This document shows, piece by piece, positions 20,386 through 30,024 of a stretch of 64,000 bases of DNA. How positions within the stretch are numbered: position 1 is the stretch's first letter; each line of letters starts with the position of its first letter. The stretch is from Microcystis sp. BLCC-F210. GTDB taxonomy: Bacteria > Cyanobacteriota > Cyanobacteriia > Cyanobacteriales > Microcystaceae. The notes beneath the pieces are model-generated. The model searched no databases, was not told the DNA's origin, and saw only the letters and a list, made by a program, of their open reading frames with translations. The stretch lies in contig NZ_CP169647.1 of assembly GCF_042134685.1 (NCBI RefSeq), positions 1,550,585 to 1,614,584 of the forward strand, given 5' to 3'. A program made the position numbers and the translations under genes.

Positions 20386-21513
20386 TCAACAAACTTTTTC
20401 AGCCAACCCTAACTTACCGCTTAACATTTCCCTGACCATTTGAGCGGTAGCAGGGGCCAATAAAACCCCGTTACGGTAGTGTCCCGTGGCCAGAATAACG
20501 TTATCGTATCCGGGCAAATATTCGATGATGGGAGCGGATTTTTTCTCCGGTCGCGGTCGCTTACCGGACCAAGTACGCACGATCGCCCCCCCGGCCAAAG
20601 AGGGACAAAAAGCGATCGCTTTTTGATACACTTGTTCTAACAGGGCAGTATCGGGGATAATTTCGCCCTTTTCGTCCATAAATTCCACCGTTGCCCCAAT
20701 CCAGTATTCCGCTCCAGCCAAAGGCAGAATATGCAGGTCATTTCCCGTTAAAATCGGCTTAAAATCGGAACTTTCTAAAGCTTGCGTTAATTTTATCTGC
20801 AAAGCCTGCCCTAAAACCGGTCGGATCTCCACTGGATGGCTAAGAGTTTCGGTTAAAGCAGTGGAACCGATTCCCGCAGAAAGAATCAAAAAGTCGCTTT
20901 CCTCTATACCATTGAAAGTATAAACGTGGGTGCATTGCCTCAAATTAGAGCCTTGAAGCTCTGTTTTCCCCAAATTTTCAACTTTTAACCCAAATTGACA
21001 TTTAACCCCCCTTCTTGCCGCAGCATCGACGAGAGCCTCCGTGAGCAGGGCCGGATTAATTTGATGATCCCTGGGAGAATAGATAGCACCATGGAGATGC
21101 TCGCTGGCCACTTGGGGACATTTTTGGTTTAAAGTCTCTTTATCCCAAATTTCTAGACAATATCCCTGTTCTTGGCGGATTTGCGCTAACTTGCGCCAAT
21201 TTTCTTCGTCTTCAGCACTCGATCGCAGGAGGACAATGCCATCACGGTTACAAGGAATAGTCAGTCCGGTGAGGGATTCTAGCTCAGGAAGGAGGGTTTC
21301 GTAACGTTTTAAACTTTCTTGCCGCAGTTTCCAGGCTCTACCTTTAGTTTTATGGCTGATAATCCCCATTAAAATCCCTAAAGCTGCCCCGGTTGCTCCT
21401 TGTCCCGGTTTTTTTTCATCGATGAGGGTAATTTCTAATCCTTCGATGGCGCTTAATTCGTAGGCAATAGTGGCTCCTACTATCCCCGCACCGATGATGA
21501 CAATTTTAGTCAT
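20386..21513 (-). CDS. FAD-dependent oxidoreductase (DAO / glycine-oxidase ThiO-like family)
   Basis: N-terminal Rossmann MTKIVIIGAGIVGATIAYEL. 375 aa. Confidence 0.6.
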   Translation of the reverse strand: MTKIVIIGAGIVGATIAYELSAIEGLEITLIDEKKPGQGATGAALGILMGIISHKTKGRAWKLRQESLKRYETLLPELESLTGLTIPCNRDGIVLLRSSAEDEENWRKLAQIRQEQGYCLEIWDKETLNQKCPQVASEHLHGAIYSPRDHQINPALLTEALVDAAARRGVKCQFGLKVENLGKTELQGSNLRQCTHVYTFNGIEESDFLILSAGIGSTALTETLSHPVEIRPVLGQALQIKLTQALESSDFKPILTGNDLHILPLAGAEYWIGATVEFMDEKGEIIPDTALLEQVYQKAIAFCPSLAGGAIVRTWSGKRPRPEKKSAPIIEYLPGYDNVILATGHYRNGVLLAPATAQMVREMLSGKLGLAEKVC

Positions 21514-21841
21514 AAACTCCAGAGGCTATTTTTCTAGCAGCAACAGGACTAAAAAAGGGTTGAGGCTGCATCTCATATTTGCAGAAATACGGACAATCAG
21601 CAATTATCAGTGATTCTTAAATTATCACAGATATATCAGCAGCTGCGTGTAAGCATCCCACCGAAAAACTAATGCGCTCCGGGGTTTGGGGGGTAGAACC
21701 ACCCAAAGACTTGGATTGAGTGATAAAATCGGAAGTAATGACCAATTTTAGAAGACAGTTTACATTTAAAAATCCCAACTCAACAGATTGACAAAAATGA
21801 GATGCACCCAGGGTTGAACAGATTTCAACCCCGATAATTAA

Positions 21842-22186
21842 TTACAGAACCCGGAAAATAAAAGGATAACGGAAAACCTTATAAGCATCGTTCCAGACTT
21901 GCAGGATAGCAAGAATGGGGAGAACAATATTCACCACAGCAAGAATCGCTAAGATCAAATAACCGATTAAAACCCAAAGTAGAATCCCAGCAATTAGGTA
22001 GTATAACCACATATTCAGGTGAAAGTTTAAAGCTTCTTTGGCGTTTTCCTTCACTGTTTCATCATCAGAAATGAAATAAATAGCTAAGGGAATTCCCACC
22101 GATACCAGCGTAGCACTCAAAAAGATCGAAGCATGACAAGCCACGGATAGGAGTCTTTTTTTGGTTAAATTTTCACTCATGACCAT
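21842..22186 (-). CDS. Hypothetical small membrane protein
   Basis: 114 aa with three hydrophobic segments. Confidence 0.35.
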   Translation of the reverse strand: MVMSENLTKKRLLSVACHASIFLSATLVSVGIPLAIYFISDDETVKENAKEALNFHLNMWLYYLIAGILLWVLIGYLILAILAVVNIVLPILAILQVWNDAYKVFRYPFIFRVL

Positions 22187-22199
22187 CGGGTTTATCCCC

Positions 22200-23204
22200 C
22201 TAAAATTGTCGTAGAAAGCGGATATCGCTATTATAACAACGGCGAATATCGTCTATCTCATGTAATACCATAGCAAATCTTTCCACGCCAAAACCAGCAG
22301 CAAAACCCGTATAGATTTGGGGGTCATAACCGACTGCTTTTAAAACATTGGGATCCACCATACCACAGCCCATCACCTCCAACCATTTGCCTTTCCACTG
22401 TACATCTACCTCGGCCGAGGGTTCGGTAAAAGGGAAGTAGGAAGCGCGGAATTTAACCGGTAAATCGGCCCCAAACATTTGCTTAAGAAATTCTTTAATT
22501 GTTCCTTTCAAATCCGTAAAAGTTAATCCCTTATCTACCGCTAATAATTCCACTTGATGGAAAACCGCAGAATGGGTTGCATCCACGGTATCACGACGAT
22601 AAACCCGGCCCGGGGCCACAATCCGAATCGGGGGTTCGTGACTTTCCATGTAGCGAATCTGCACCGGGGAGGTATGGGTCCGCAATAAACGACCATCCCT
22701 CAAGAAAAAAGTATCCTGCATATCCCGGGCCGGATGGTCAGCAGGGATATTTAAAGCCTCAAAATTATAATAATCGCTTTCTACCTGTGGTCCAGTGGCG
22801 ATGCTGTAACCCAGACCGACGAAAATATCGATCATGCGATCAACTGTGCTATTTAAGGGGTGAATTCGCCCTAAAGGACGGCTAAGAGCAGGTAGGGTGA
22901 CATCGAGGGTTTCCGCCGCTAATTTCGCTTGAATTTGGGCATTATTTAGACTTTCTCGCCGGGATTCCAGCAGCGATTGTACTAATTCTTTGACCTCATT
23001 AGCGATTGCACCGAGGTGAGGTCTCTCTTCGGGGGTTAATTTGCCCATTTCGCGTAAAATCTGCGATAATTCTCCTTTCTTACCCAGATAATTCACCCTT
23101 AGCTGTTCTAAGTCTTCTAGGGTTGTTGTTTCTTCGATGGAATTTTCCGCTTTCCCGGCCAGGGTTTTTAGGGCAGTTTCGATCGGATGGGGGGATAAAC
23201 TCAT
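22200..23204 (-). CDS. pheS: Phenylalanine--tRNA ligase alpha subunit
   Basis: 334 aa. Class II aaRS motifs, e.g. [36 protein letters not shown]. Confidence 0.92.
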   Translation of the reverse strand: MSLSPHPIETALKTLAGKAENSIEETTTLEDLEQLRVNYLGKKGELSQILREMGKLTPEERPHLGAIANEVKELVQSLLESRRESLNNAQIQAKLAAETLDVTLPALSRPLGRIHPLNSTVDRMIDIFVGLGYSIATGPQVESDYYNFEALNIPADHPARDMQDTFFLRDGRLLRTHTSPVQIRYMESHEPPIRIVAPGRVYRRDTVDATHSAVFHQVELLAVDKGLTFTDLKGTIKEFLKQMFGADLPVKFRASYFPFTEPSAEVDVQWKGKWLEVMGCGMVDPNVLKAVGYDPQIYTGFAAGFGVERFAMVLHEIDDIRRCYNSDIRFLRQF

Positions 23205-23446
23205 AATTAGGGCATTTTCTAGGGCAGCATTCTAGTCTAGTTTATCTGCTCCCGTGGCGAGACAGGCAGAATCGATCAAAGCTAATAGCTATGTGCTAGG
23301 ATGGAGGTTGAGAATAAAAGTCGGCACTGCGGCTCGTTGTCAGTATTAATGGTCAAAGCGTTTCTGTTTAGTATTGGTTCAGCTAGTTCCCGAAATCTTG
23401 GTTCTCTACAAATCTGTTGTTTTTATCTGTGCAAGGATAGGTTTTA

Positions 23447-23739
23447 TGTCAATTTATGTTGGTAATCTCCCCTTCGAGGTTGACCAAGACGACGTAGTTG
23501 AGGTTTTTAACGAATACGGTAAAATTAAGCGCGTTCACCTCCCCATGGATCGGGAAACGAAAAGAAAACGCGGGTTCGCTTTCGTGGAAATGGAAACCCC
23601 AGAGGAAGAAGCGAAGGCTATTGCTGCTCTTGACGGCGCTCAATGGATGGGACGAGAATTAAAAGTCAATCAAGCTCGTGAAAAAGAACCCAGATCTTCT
23701 TTCGCTGGTGGTGATCGCAATCGAGATCGTCGCTACTAA
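23447..23739 (+). CDS. RRM-type RNA-binding protein (cyanobacterial Rbp family)
   Basis: MSIYVGNLPFEVDQDDV (RNP2) and KRGFAFVEM (RNP1). The start is taken at the internal Met matching family N-termini; the upstream extension of track ORF 23374 is unlikely. Confidence 0.85.
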
Positions 23740-23851
23740 TCCCTGATCGTAACCATTCTAGGCTATGATTACCTAACTTGTTTTCATTGTCAACAGGGGA
23801 AGCGATCGCTCGTTTCCCCGCTTGTCTATCTAATATCCCAAGGAGATTCTT

Positions 23852-24016
23852 GTGGCTAAACGTCGTAATTTGAAAAAAGAAAAAGCGGAACGCAACCGTG
23901 CCTACGCTCGTCAATTCCGGGCTGCTTCTAATCGTACCACCACCAGAGGAGGTAGAGGCGGTTATTCCAGCGATCAAAGACAATCTTCGGAAAATGAAGG
24001 GGCAGCCGATACCTAA
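23852..24016 (+). CDS. Candidate small basic protein (54 aa), GTG start
   Basis: AAGGAG lies 7 nt upstream of the GTG. Translation VAKRRNLKKEKAERNRAYARQFRAASNRTTTRGGRGGYSSDQRQSSENEGAADT. Missed by the ATG-only ORF track. Confidence 0.3.
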   Translation: MAKRRNLKKEKAERNRAYARQFRAASNRTTTRGGRGGYSSDQRQSSENEGAADT

Positions 24017-24220
24017 TCTGTTGACTTAGTTAGGGTCTGCGGCAAAAAGTTTTTCGTGGGGACAGGGTGTAGGGTGTGGGGTTTTACCGATTCTCATCTG
24101 GTCAATTACCTAATTTTCAGAGAAAAAGTCCCAGAATTTTCCCCCTATCTCTCCCACAACTGGTACTTTTTGATTGACAAAAAGTCTAAAAGTCTTACCC
24201 AATAAGGTTTTTAGATTTAT

Positions 24221-26917
24221 TCAGCAAGCCCGAGTTAATCTAGCAATAAAAGCCATAGCTTCGCTTTTATTGCTGACTATTCCATCTAAAGTCGCCCCCA
24301 ACACCGCCGCGAGTAACAATTTAAACTGGGGACCCGGTTGATAACCCAAAGCTTTTAGGTCATTGCCGTCGATAGGAGCCTCAATCTGCGACCATTTAGT
24401 TAAATATTGCCAGATTAAAGCCCGCATCCTAGTCTGACTCCTCACCGCCACCAATAACAAACTAGGAACCTGATAACCCTTGAAAAAGCTGACAATTTGA
24501 CTAACGGGTTGATCATAAGCAAAATTATTGCTAATCTCCCTTTCCATAACTTCTAGTTTTTGTAAACGCTCCACACTATCTTTGGGCAATTGTAAATTAT
24601 TAGCGATCGCTATTCTTTCCCCCACAGCCAGAGAAGCGATTAATAATTCCAACCGCATTAACCAGGCATTCACCGGCAATTCCAGACTTAAACAATCTAA
24701 CCAACGACTGAGACAGCGCAATTGTCGCCATAAAGCCCGATTTAAACTTAAATCCCCGTGTAAACAGTGCAAAGCCCCCAAATCGGCCAACTTTTCTAAG
24801 GCACTTTCCCAGTAATCCGCCTCTAAAATATAATTCAACTCCGCTTTTAAACGGGACTGTAAAGCGGGTGCATTCTGATTTTCTTGCCGCGACCGATCAT
24901 AAACCCCACTTTCGATCGCATACCTAATATAGTTTTCTGTCAAGGGTTCAATAACAAATCCTAACCGAGTAGCAAAACGCACCGCTCGATAGATGCGCGT
25001 CGGATCCTCGATAAAACTATTAGCGTGTAAAACCCGGATTTCTTGAGCGCGTAAATCCAACATACCGCCAAAAAAGTCGAGTAATTCCCCCTCTTTCGGC
25101 GAAGTTAGGCGAATTGCCAGAGCATTAATTGTAAAATCCCTTCTATACAAATCCTGTCGAATCGAACTAGCTTCCACTTGGGGATTACTGGCAGGATAGG
25201 GATAGAATTCCGTGCGTGCCGTGGCGATATCCACCCATAACGAGCCAAAACGCTCATCTTTGTGCCATAACAAAGCCGCCGTCTGAAATTCCCCGTGAAT
25301 CGATAACCGGGCCTCCGGATAAATTTCCTGTAAACAATTAGCCAACTCTACCCCCGCACCCACACCGGCGGCACGATGGCAGCCATCCACCACTAAATCG
25401 ATATCCTGTAACAATAAACTATCCCTTTCTGTGGCTAACAATAAATCCCGCACCGCACCCCCAACCAGATAGAGATGCCAACCGCCTTTTTGAGCGGCAG
25501 CGGCAGCAGCTTGCAGGAATGACCATAAAATCGGCTCTAAACGCTCTTTAATCGCCGGTAAAAGACAAGAAACCAAAGCAACCCCTTCAAAACGCACCCG
25601 CTCATTTTGATGAATCTGTCTTAATACATCTGTACGAGTGACGATACCGACTAACTGCCCATTTTCTAGTACAGGTAAACGCCCCAAATCATACGTTACC
25701 ATCAGCGACTCGATTTCCTGAAGAGAAGTGTCGGGGGTAATAGTTTTCGGATTACAAGTCATGTATCCCTTCACGGGAGAGCGAGAAAAGCCGTGATGGA
25801 GAGCTAAATCGAGGTCACGACGAGAAATCACCCCAACTAAGCGATCCTGCTCATCTACCACCGATAACCCCGAATGGCCGTAACGGAAAAGGATGCGCTC
25901 GGCTTGAGATATGGAAGTATCGGGACGAATTGTCCGCACTGGAGAAGACATTAAATCCCTAGCAGTGGGAGAAGGGGGAATTTGAGCAATTAAGTCCCCC
26001 AGCAGTTGATTTAACTGTTGAACTGGCTGAACATTGCGAAAACTCACCGAAGCGGCCTGAGCATGACCACCACCGTTATAGGGGGAAAAAAGCTGATATA
26101 GATTCACCCCATCGATTCTAGAGCGACCAATCACAGTTAAACGCTGTCGGGATTTATCTTCCTCGTCTTTACTATAACTATGACCAAAAAGTAGCGCATC
26201 ACTATCGGATAATTCCAGTAGGCGCTCGGCCACACTAGACAAACCCGGGATAAAATCGGCAGTATGGAGGAGAACGTGGGCGATTTTACGGTCATGGATC
26301 GTTTTAATCTCTAGATTTTCCCAAGCAAGGCTAAATAACTCCTGTAAGCGCGGAGAAAAACTCGGTTGACAGTATTGGGCGATCGTTTTAATGTTAGCAG
26401 CACAGGTCATTAACCAAGCCAAAGCATAGGCATCCCTGGGGGTACTACCGGCAAAAGTCAGGGAACCCGTGTCAACATGAATACCGAGCGCCATTACCGT
26501 CGCTGCCATCGAGTTTGGTTTAATCTGGGCTTTTTGTAAAGCTTCAACAATTAAAGTCGTGGTGGCTCCCACCGCTTCTAAATGGACGCTAGAGGCATGA
26601 ATATCGCTTTCACTATCTAAATGATGATCATACAATTCGATCGCCTGTAAATGCCCTAAATCGAGCCACTGGGAGGCTTTTCCCAGACGCTCTCGCCACT
26701 GATTATCAACGATAATTAAAGAGCGAATACTGGCCAGATTGACACTACGCATTTCAATCAAAGCGAACTCATCCCGATGCAGGGCCAAAAATTCCCTCAC
26801 CGTCGGGTGCGCTCCCCCCGTTAACACAATACGACTACCCGCTTTCAGCAACGATAAACCCACCGCTGCCCCCAAAGCGTCAAAATCCGCCGTTTGATGA
26901 CATAAAATTAAATCCAT
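24221..26917 (-). CDS. Multidomain CCA-adding tRNA nucleotidyltransferase / poly(A) polymerase-family protein with N-terminal DHH-DHHA1 and a CBS pair
   Basis: 898 aa. Nucleotidyltransferase head YLVGGAVRDLLL...DIDLVV. CBS-like segments around residues 320-440. DHH-type N-terminus. Confidence 0.7.
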   Translation of the reverse strand: MDLILCHQTADFDALGAAVGLSLLKAGSRIVLTGGAHPTVREFLALHRDEFALIEMRSVNLASIRSLIIVDNQWRERLGKASQWLDLGHLQAIELYDHHLDSESDIHASSVHLEAVGATTTLIVEALQKAQIKPNSMAATVMALGIHVDTGSLTFAGSTPRDAYALAWLMTCAANIKTIAQYCQPSFSPRLQELFSLAWENLEIKTIHDRKIAHVLLHTADFIPGLSSVAERLLELSDSDALLFGHSYSKDEEDKSRQRLTVIGRSRIDGVNLYQLFSPYNGGGHAQAASVSFRNVQPVQQLNQLLGDLIAQIPPSPTARDLMSSPVRTIRPDTSISQAERILFRYGHSGLSVVDEQDRLVGVISRRDLDLALHHGFSRSPVKGYMTCNPKTITPDTSLQEIESLMVTYDLGRLPVLENGQLVGIVTRTDVLRQIHQNERVRFEGVALVSCLLPAIKERLEPILWSFLQAAAAAAQKGGWHLYLVGGAVRDLLLATERDSLLLQDIDLVVDGCHRAAGVGAGVELANCLQEIYPEARLSIHGEFQTAALLWHKDERFGSLWVDIATARTEFYPYPASNPQVEASSIRQDLYRRDFTINALAIRLTSPKEGELLDFFGGMLDLRAQEIRVLHANSFIEDPTRIYRAVRFATRLGFVIEPLTENYIRYAIESGVYDRSRQENQNAPALQSRLKAELNYILEADYWESALEKLADLGALHCLHGDLSLNRALWRQLRCLSRWLDCLSLELPVNAWLMRLELLIASLAVGERIAIANNLQLPKDSVERLQKLEVMEREISNNFAYDQPVSQIVSFFKGYQVPSLLLVAVRSQTRMRALIWQYLTKWSQIEAPIDGNDLKALGYQPGPQFKLLLAAVLGATLDGIVSNKSEAMAFIARLTRAC

Positions 26918-27030
26918 GTTTTTTAGTAAGGAGAATACATCGAGATTTTTTCTGTATCTATTGTTACCGAATACTCGGAAATAGCCTAGTCAAGGACTAT
27001 AAGTTAGCAAATCATGACCGAGAGAAACCC

Positions 27031-27486
27031 ATGTTATTCAAAATTTTAGTAATTCTCCACACCCTAGGGGCGACCGTCTGGGCCGGTGGACATTTATTGT
27101 TGGCAGTCACCGTTCTACCCCAGGCCCTCAAAAACCGAGAAGCAGACCGAATTCGTCAATTTGAGCAATATTTTGAAGGTTTTGGGTTGTCTGCGCTATT
27201 GTTGCAGGTAATAACAGGCCTAGGACTGACTTGGATTTATTTGCCCAGTTTTCGTGATTTTTGGTCATTTGATAGTTTTTTGTCGGTTTATATAGGAATT
27301 AAGTTAGCTTTACTGCTATTAACTCTCATCTTGGCCCTTCATTCCCGCTTTTTTCTCCTTCCTCAACTGAGCGAGGAAAACTTAAATTTCCTCGCCCTGC
27401 ACATAGTCGCCGTCACCACTCTAGCAGTATTACTCGTCATTTTCGGTGCCGGCATCCGTTTGGGGGGCTTGACCATTAGCTTTTAA
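27031..27486 (+). CDS. Hypothetical polytopic membrane protein (CopD-like fold possible)
   Basis: 151 aa with 4 TM segments. Confidence 0.35.
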   Translation: MLFKILVILHTLGATVWAGGHLLLAVTVLPQALKNREADRIRQFEQYFEGFGLSALLLQVITGLGLTWIYLPSFRDFWSFDSFLSVYIGIKLALLLLTLILALHSRFFLLPQLSEENLNFLALHIVAVTTLAVLLVIFGAGIRLGGLTISF

Positions 27487-27849
27487 GTAGTTTAGCAGTC
27501 TGGAGACCTTTCTAGGCTAGGTTTGGCGAAAACGCGAAAATAGGCTAATCTGGGAAAGGGATCACAGAGAGTCCCTTTCCCCACCTAACCCTTGCCCTGC
27601 TGCTGTTGGCAAGGATAGACAATGGAAAAAAGTTTTCAGCCCCCCTGCGGCTAGGTAGTCACTAGCAGTAAAATTAATATGCTCGAGGATTCGGTCTGAC
27701 GGGCATATCTCCTTGTAAACCCTGATTCGGGGAGGACTTAGAGAAAGGATCGTCCAGTTAAGTTGAGTGGAAGCGAGTATCTTCCCTACAAGTATCAAAT
27801 CTGGGAGAATTATCTAGATAAAGATCAACTGCTTTAGGAGAACCCAATC

Positions 27850-28038
27850 ATGTCTATTGTTTTTCAATTTTTTCTCATTGCCCTAGTTTTATTTTCCTTG
27901 CTGATGGTGATTGGTGTCCCCGTTGCCTATGCTTCCCCCCAAAACTGGGATCAATCGAAACCTCTCCTCTATGTGGGTTCGGCAATTTGGGCGATTTTAG
28001 TCGTTGCCGTCGCTATTTTAAACTTTTTAGTGATTTAG
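27850..28038 (+). CDS. psbZ: Photosystem II reaction-centre protein Z
   Basis: 62 aa. [21 protein letters not shown]...LNFLVI matches PsbZ. Confidence 0.85.
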   Translation: MSIVFQFFLIALVLFSLLMVIGVPVAYASPQNWDQSKPLLYVGSAIWAILVVAVAILNFLVI

Positions 28039-28210
28039 TTTCGATCAGGGGAACGGGAGTCAGGAGGAGGTAGGGTGATAGGGTTTTGGGCTTCGGCCGT
28101 GAGCTCAGGCTTCGACGGTGAGACTTCGGCGTGAGCTCAGTAGTTCGACAGGCTCACTAACACGAACGCTCAGCCGAACCGCCGAACGGGTGATAGAGTG
28201 ATGAGACAGC

Positions 28211-28285
28211 TTCCCCCACTTCCCCACTTCCCCACTTCCCCACTTCCCCACTTCCCCACTTCCCAATTCATAATTCATAATTCCC
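28211..28285. repeat. Tandem micro-repeats: (CCCCACTT)x6 followed by (CATAATT)x2
   Basis: Direct reading. A related array (cataatt)x3 is at 8508-8535. Confidence 0.8.
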
Positions 28286-28305
28286 ACTCCTAACCCCTTC
28301 TACCT

Positions 28306-28851
28306 ATGACTGTTTTTGAGGGAAATTTTACCGAAGATATATCGTCCTTGCGCTTTGCGATCGTGATTGGTCGTTTTAATGATCTGGTCACTGATAAACT
28401 GTTATCAGGCTGTCAAGATTGTCTCAAGCGTCACGGGGTTGATGTCAATCCCGATGGCACGCAAGTGGATTATATCTGGGTACCCGGTAGCTTTGAAGTG
28501 CCAATGGTAGCCCGTCAAGTCGCCCTTTCCCACCGTTACGATGCCGTTATTTGTCTAGGGGCAATTATTCGCGGACAAACGCCCCATTTTGATTACGTTG
28601 CCGCCGAGGCCGCTAAGGGTATCGCCGCGGCCGCTTTTCAGACAGGTGTTCCCGTTGTCTTCGGTATTCTCACCACTGATACTCTACAACAGTCCCTCGA
28701 ACGGGCCGGTATTAAAAGTAATTTGGGCTGGAATTATGGTCTATCTGCCCTAGAAATGGCTAGTCTCATGCGTCAATTGCGCCCCCGGAATGAAGATAAA
28801 CCCCTAGAATTATTGCAAAATAATCCCCAACAGGCACTGATAGAAGGCTAA
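28306..28851 (+). CDS. ribH: 6,7-dimethyl-8-ribityllumazine synthase
   Basis: [21 protein letters not shown] ... [11 protein letters not shown] ... [22 protein letters not shown]. Confidence 0.9.
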   Translation: MTVFEGNFTEDISSLRFAIVIGRFNDLVTDKLLSGCQDCLKRHGVDVNPDGTQVDYIWVPGSFEVPMVARQVALSHRYDAVICLGAIIRGQTPHFDYVAAEAAKGIAAAAFQTGVPVVFGILTTDTLQQSLERAGIKSNLGWNYGLSALEMASLMRQLRPRNEDKPLELLQNNPQQALIEG

Positions 28852-28974
28852 GAAAATTCCCCCGGCATTTGGAATTTTAGTTGTCCCCACTCCCCGCTCT
28901 CGAGAGAATCAAGACTCTGGAATTAGATTTAGAACCAGAGGGGCGGATTACGGCAGCTTTTGACGCTATGGAAC

Positions 28975-29096
28975 CAGCAATTCTCATTTTGAAACGATTT
29001 TGCGTTGTTTCAGCGATCTAGAGATTCGTTAAGAATTATTAACCCCTCTAGGTGCAAGGGTTTTAATGTCATGAAACCTTAAAATGAGAACTGCTG
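28975..29096 (+). mobile_element. MITE family C (~122 bp; TIR CAGCAATTCTCATTTT(G/A)A), copy A
   Basis: Its termini are identical to the TIRs of the CA-ended IS. Other copies: 37166..37287, 37387..37508, 42662..42783 (inverted), 60110..60231 (inverted). Confidence 0.7.
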
Positions 29097-29340
29097 CTAT
29101 GGAACGGCATATAGATGAAAAATTCGCCGCAGTGGATGAAAAATTCGCCGCCATTGACAAGCGTTTTGATCGCTTGGAACATCAGTTCAACCGACTAGAG
29201 GCTAAGATAGAAGTGGTTATCGAGGCTATTACCGGTTTGGGGGATTGGCCAGAACATGAATTATTGTAAAAAAATGCTCCAAACCACTTGACAAATGTTC
29301 TGAGATTTGGCATGATTGGGGAAGTGTAAAAAAACGGCTT

Positions 29341-29412
29341 GCGGGCATAGCTCAGTGGTAGAGCGTCACCTTGCCAAGGTGAATGTCGCGCGTTCGAATC
29401 GCGTTGCCCGCT
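29341..29412 (+). tRNA. tRNA-Gly (GCC)
   Basis: Acceptor GCGGGCA/TGCCCGC. Anticodon stem TCACC/GGTGA with loop TTGCCAA. T-arm GTTCGAATC. No encoded CCA. Confidence 0.85.
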
Positions 29413-29582
29413 TAGAAAAATCATAAAATAGACCTTAAGATTGGGATGAATAACACAGGGATATCCTTTAAGATGAGAGTTATCCGTGGGCAATAGGGTT
29501 GAGGATTTTCTGCAACCGTTGAATCCCTTAGCTATTGACCACGCACGACTAAAAACAACTGTTTATAAACAAAATTTAGCTT

Positions 29583-30014
29583 GTGCGACCGCATAAATAT
29601 ACCAAAATCGACCAATACCAAGACTACCCGTGTCCCTGTCGTCGGAAAGGGACATTATGCCCGATTTTATTGACCGATGCCTTTGGTTGCGATCGCTGCC
29701 AACAGATATTTGTGCTACAGGAAAACGGTCAAATTATCGAACAGTTAGCCCCCCACTATCCCTACAAACGTAGTTGGCGCTGGACGGGATTTCGTTGGGT
29801 GAGTACCAATCAGCGCCTTGGACAAGAGGTGTTACCCCTGATGGTGGGGATAATTCTGTTATTATTGATCGTTTGGCTACCCTTAATTTTAAAATCACCG
29901 CCCCTTCGACTTGGCTCAGGGCAAGCGGGGGTAAGTGTGATTTTTGGGGCAATTCTAGTTATGCTATTAGTTGTTTTGCCCGCGTTAATCTTTTGGTTAG
30001 CCTATCGACGCTAG
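29583..30014 (+). CDS. Hypothetical protein with N-terminal Cys4 zinc-ribbon-like motif and C-terminal TM helices
   Basis: CPCRRKGTLCP ... CDRCQQ, then two hydrophobic helices. Confidence 0.4.
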   Translation: MRPHKYTKIDQYQDYPCPCRRKGTLCPILLTDAFGCDRCQQIFVLQENGQIIEQLAPHYPYKRSWRWTGFRWVSTNQRLGQEVLPLMVGIILLLLIVWLPLILKSPPLRLGSGQAGVSVIFGAILVMLLVVLPALIFWLAYRR

Positions 30015-30024
30015 ACAAGAATCT

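Noticed and set aside
22577-23206. ORFs 22577..22885 and 23006..23206 (+)
   Set aside because: Antisense within pheS.
28040-28300. FMN riboswitch upstream of ribH
   Set aside because: The sequence lacks the conserved FMN-aptamer stretches. It is explained by the repeat arrays instead.
29182-29493. ORF 29182..29493 (-)
   Set aside because: It overlaps the tRNA-Gly gene and its flanks. The tRNA is the real feature.
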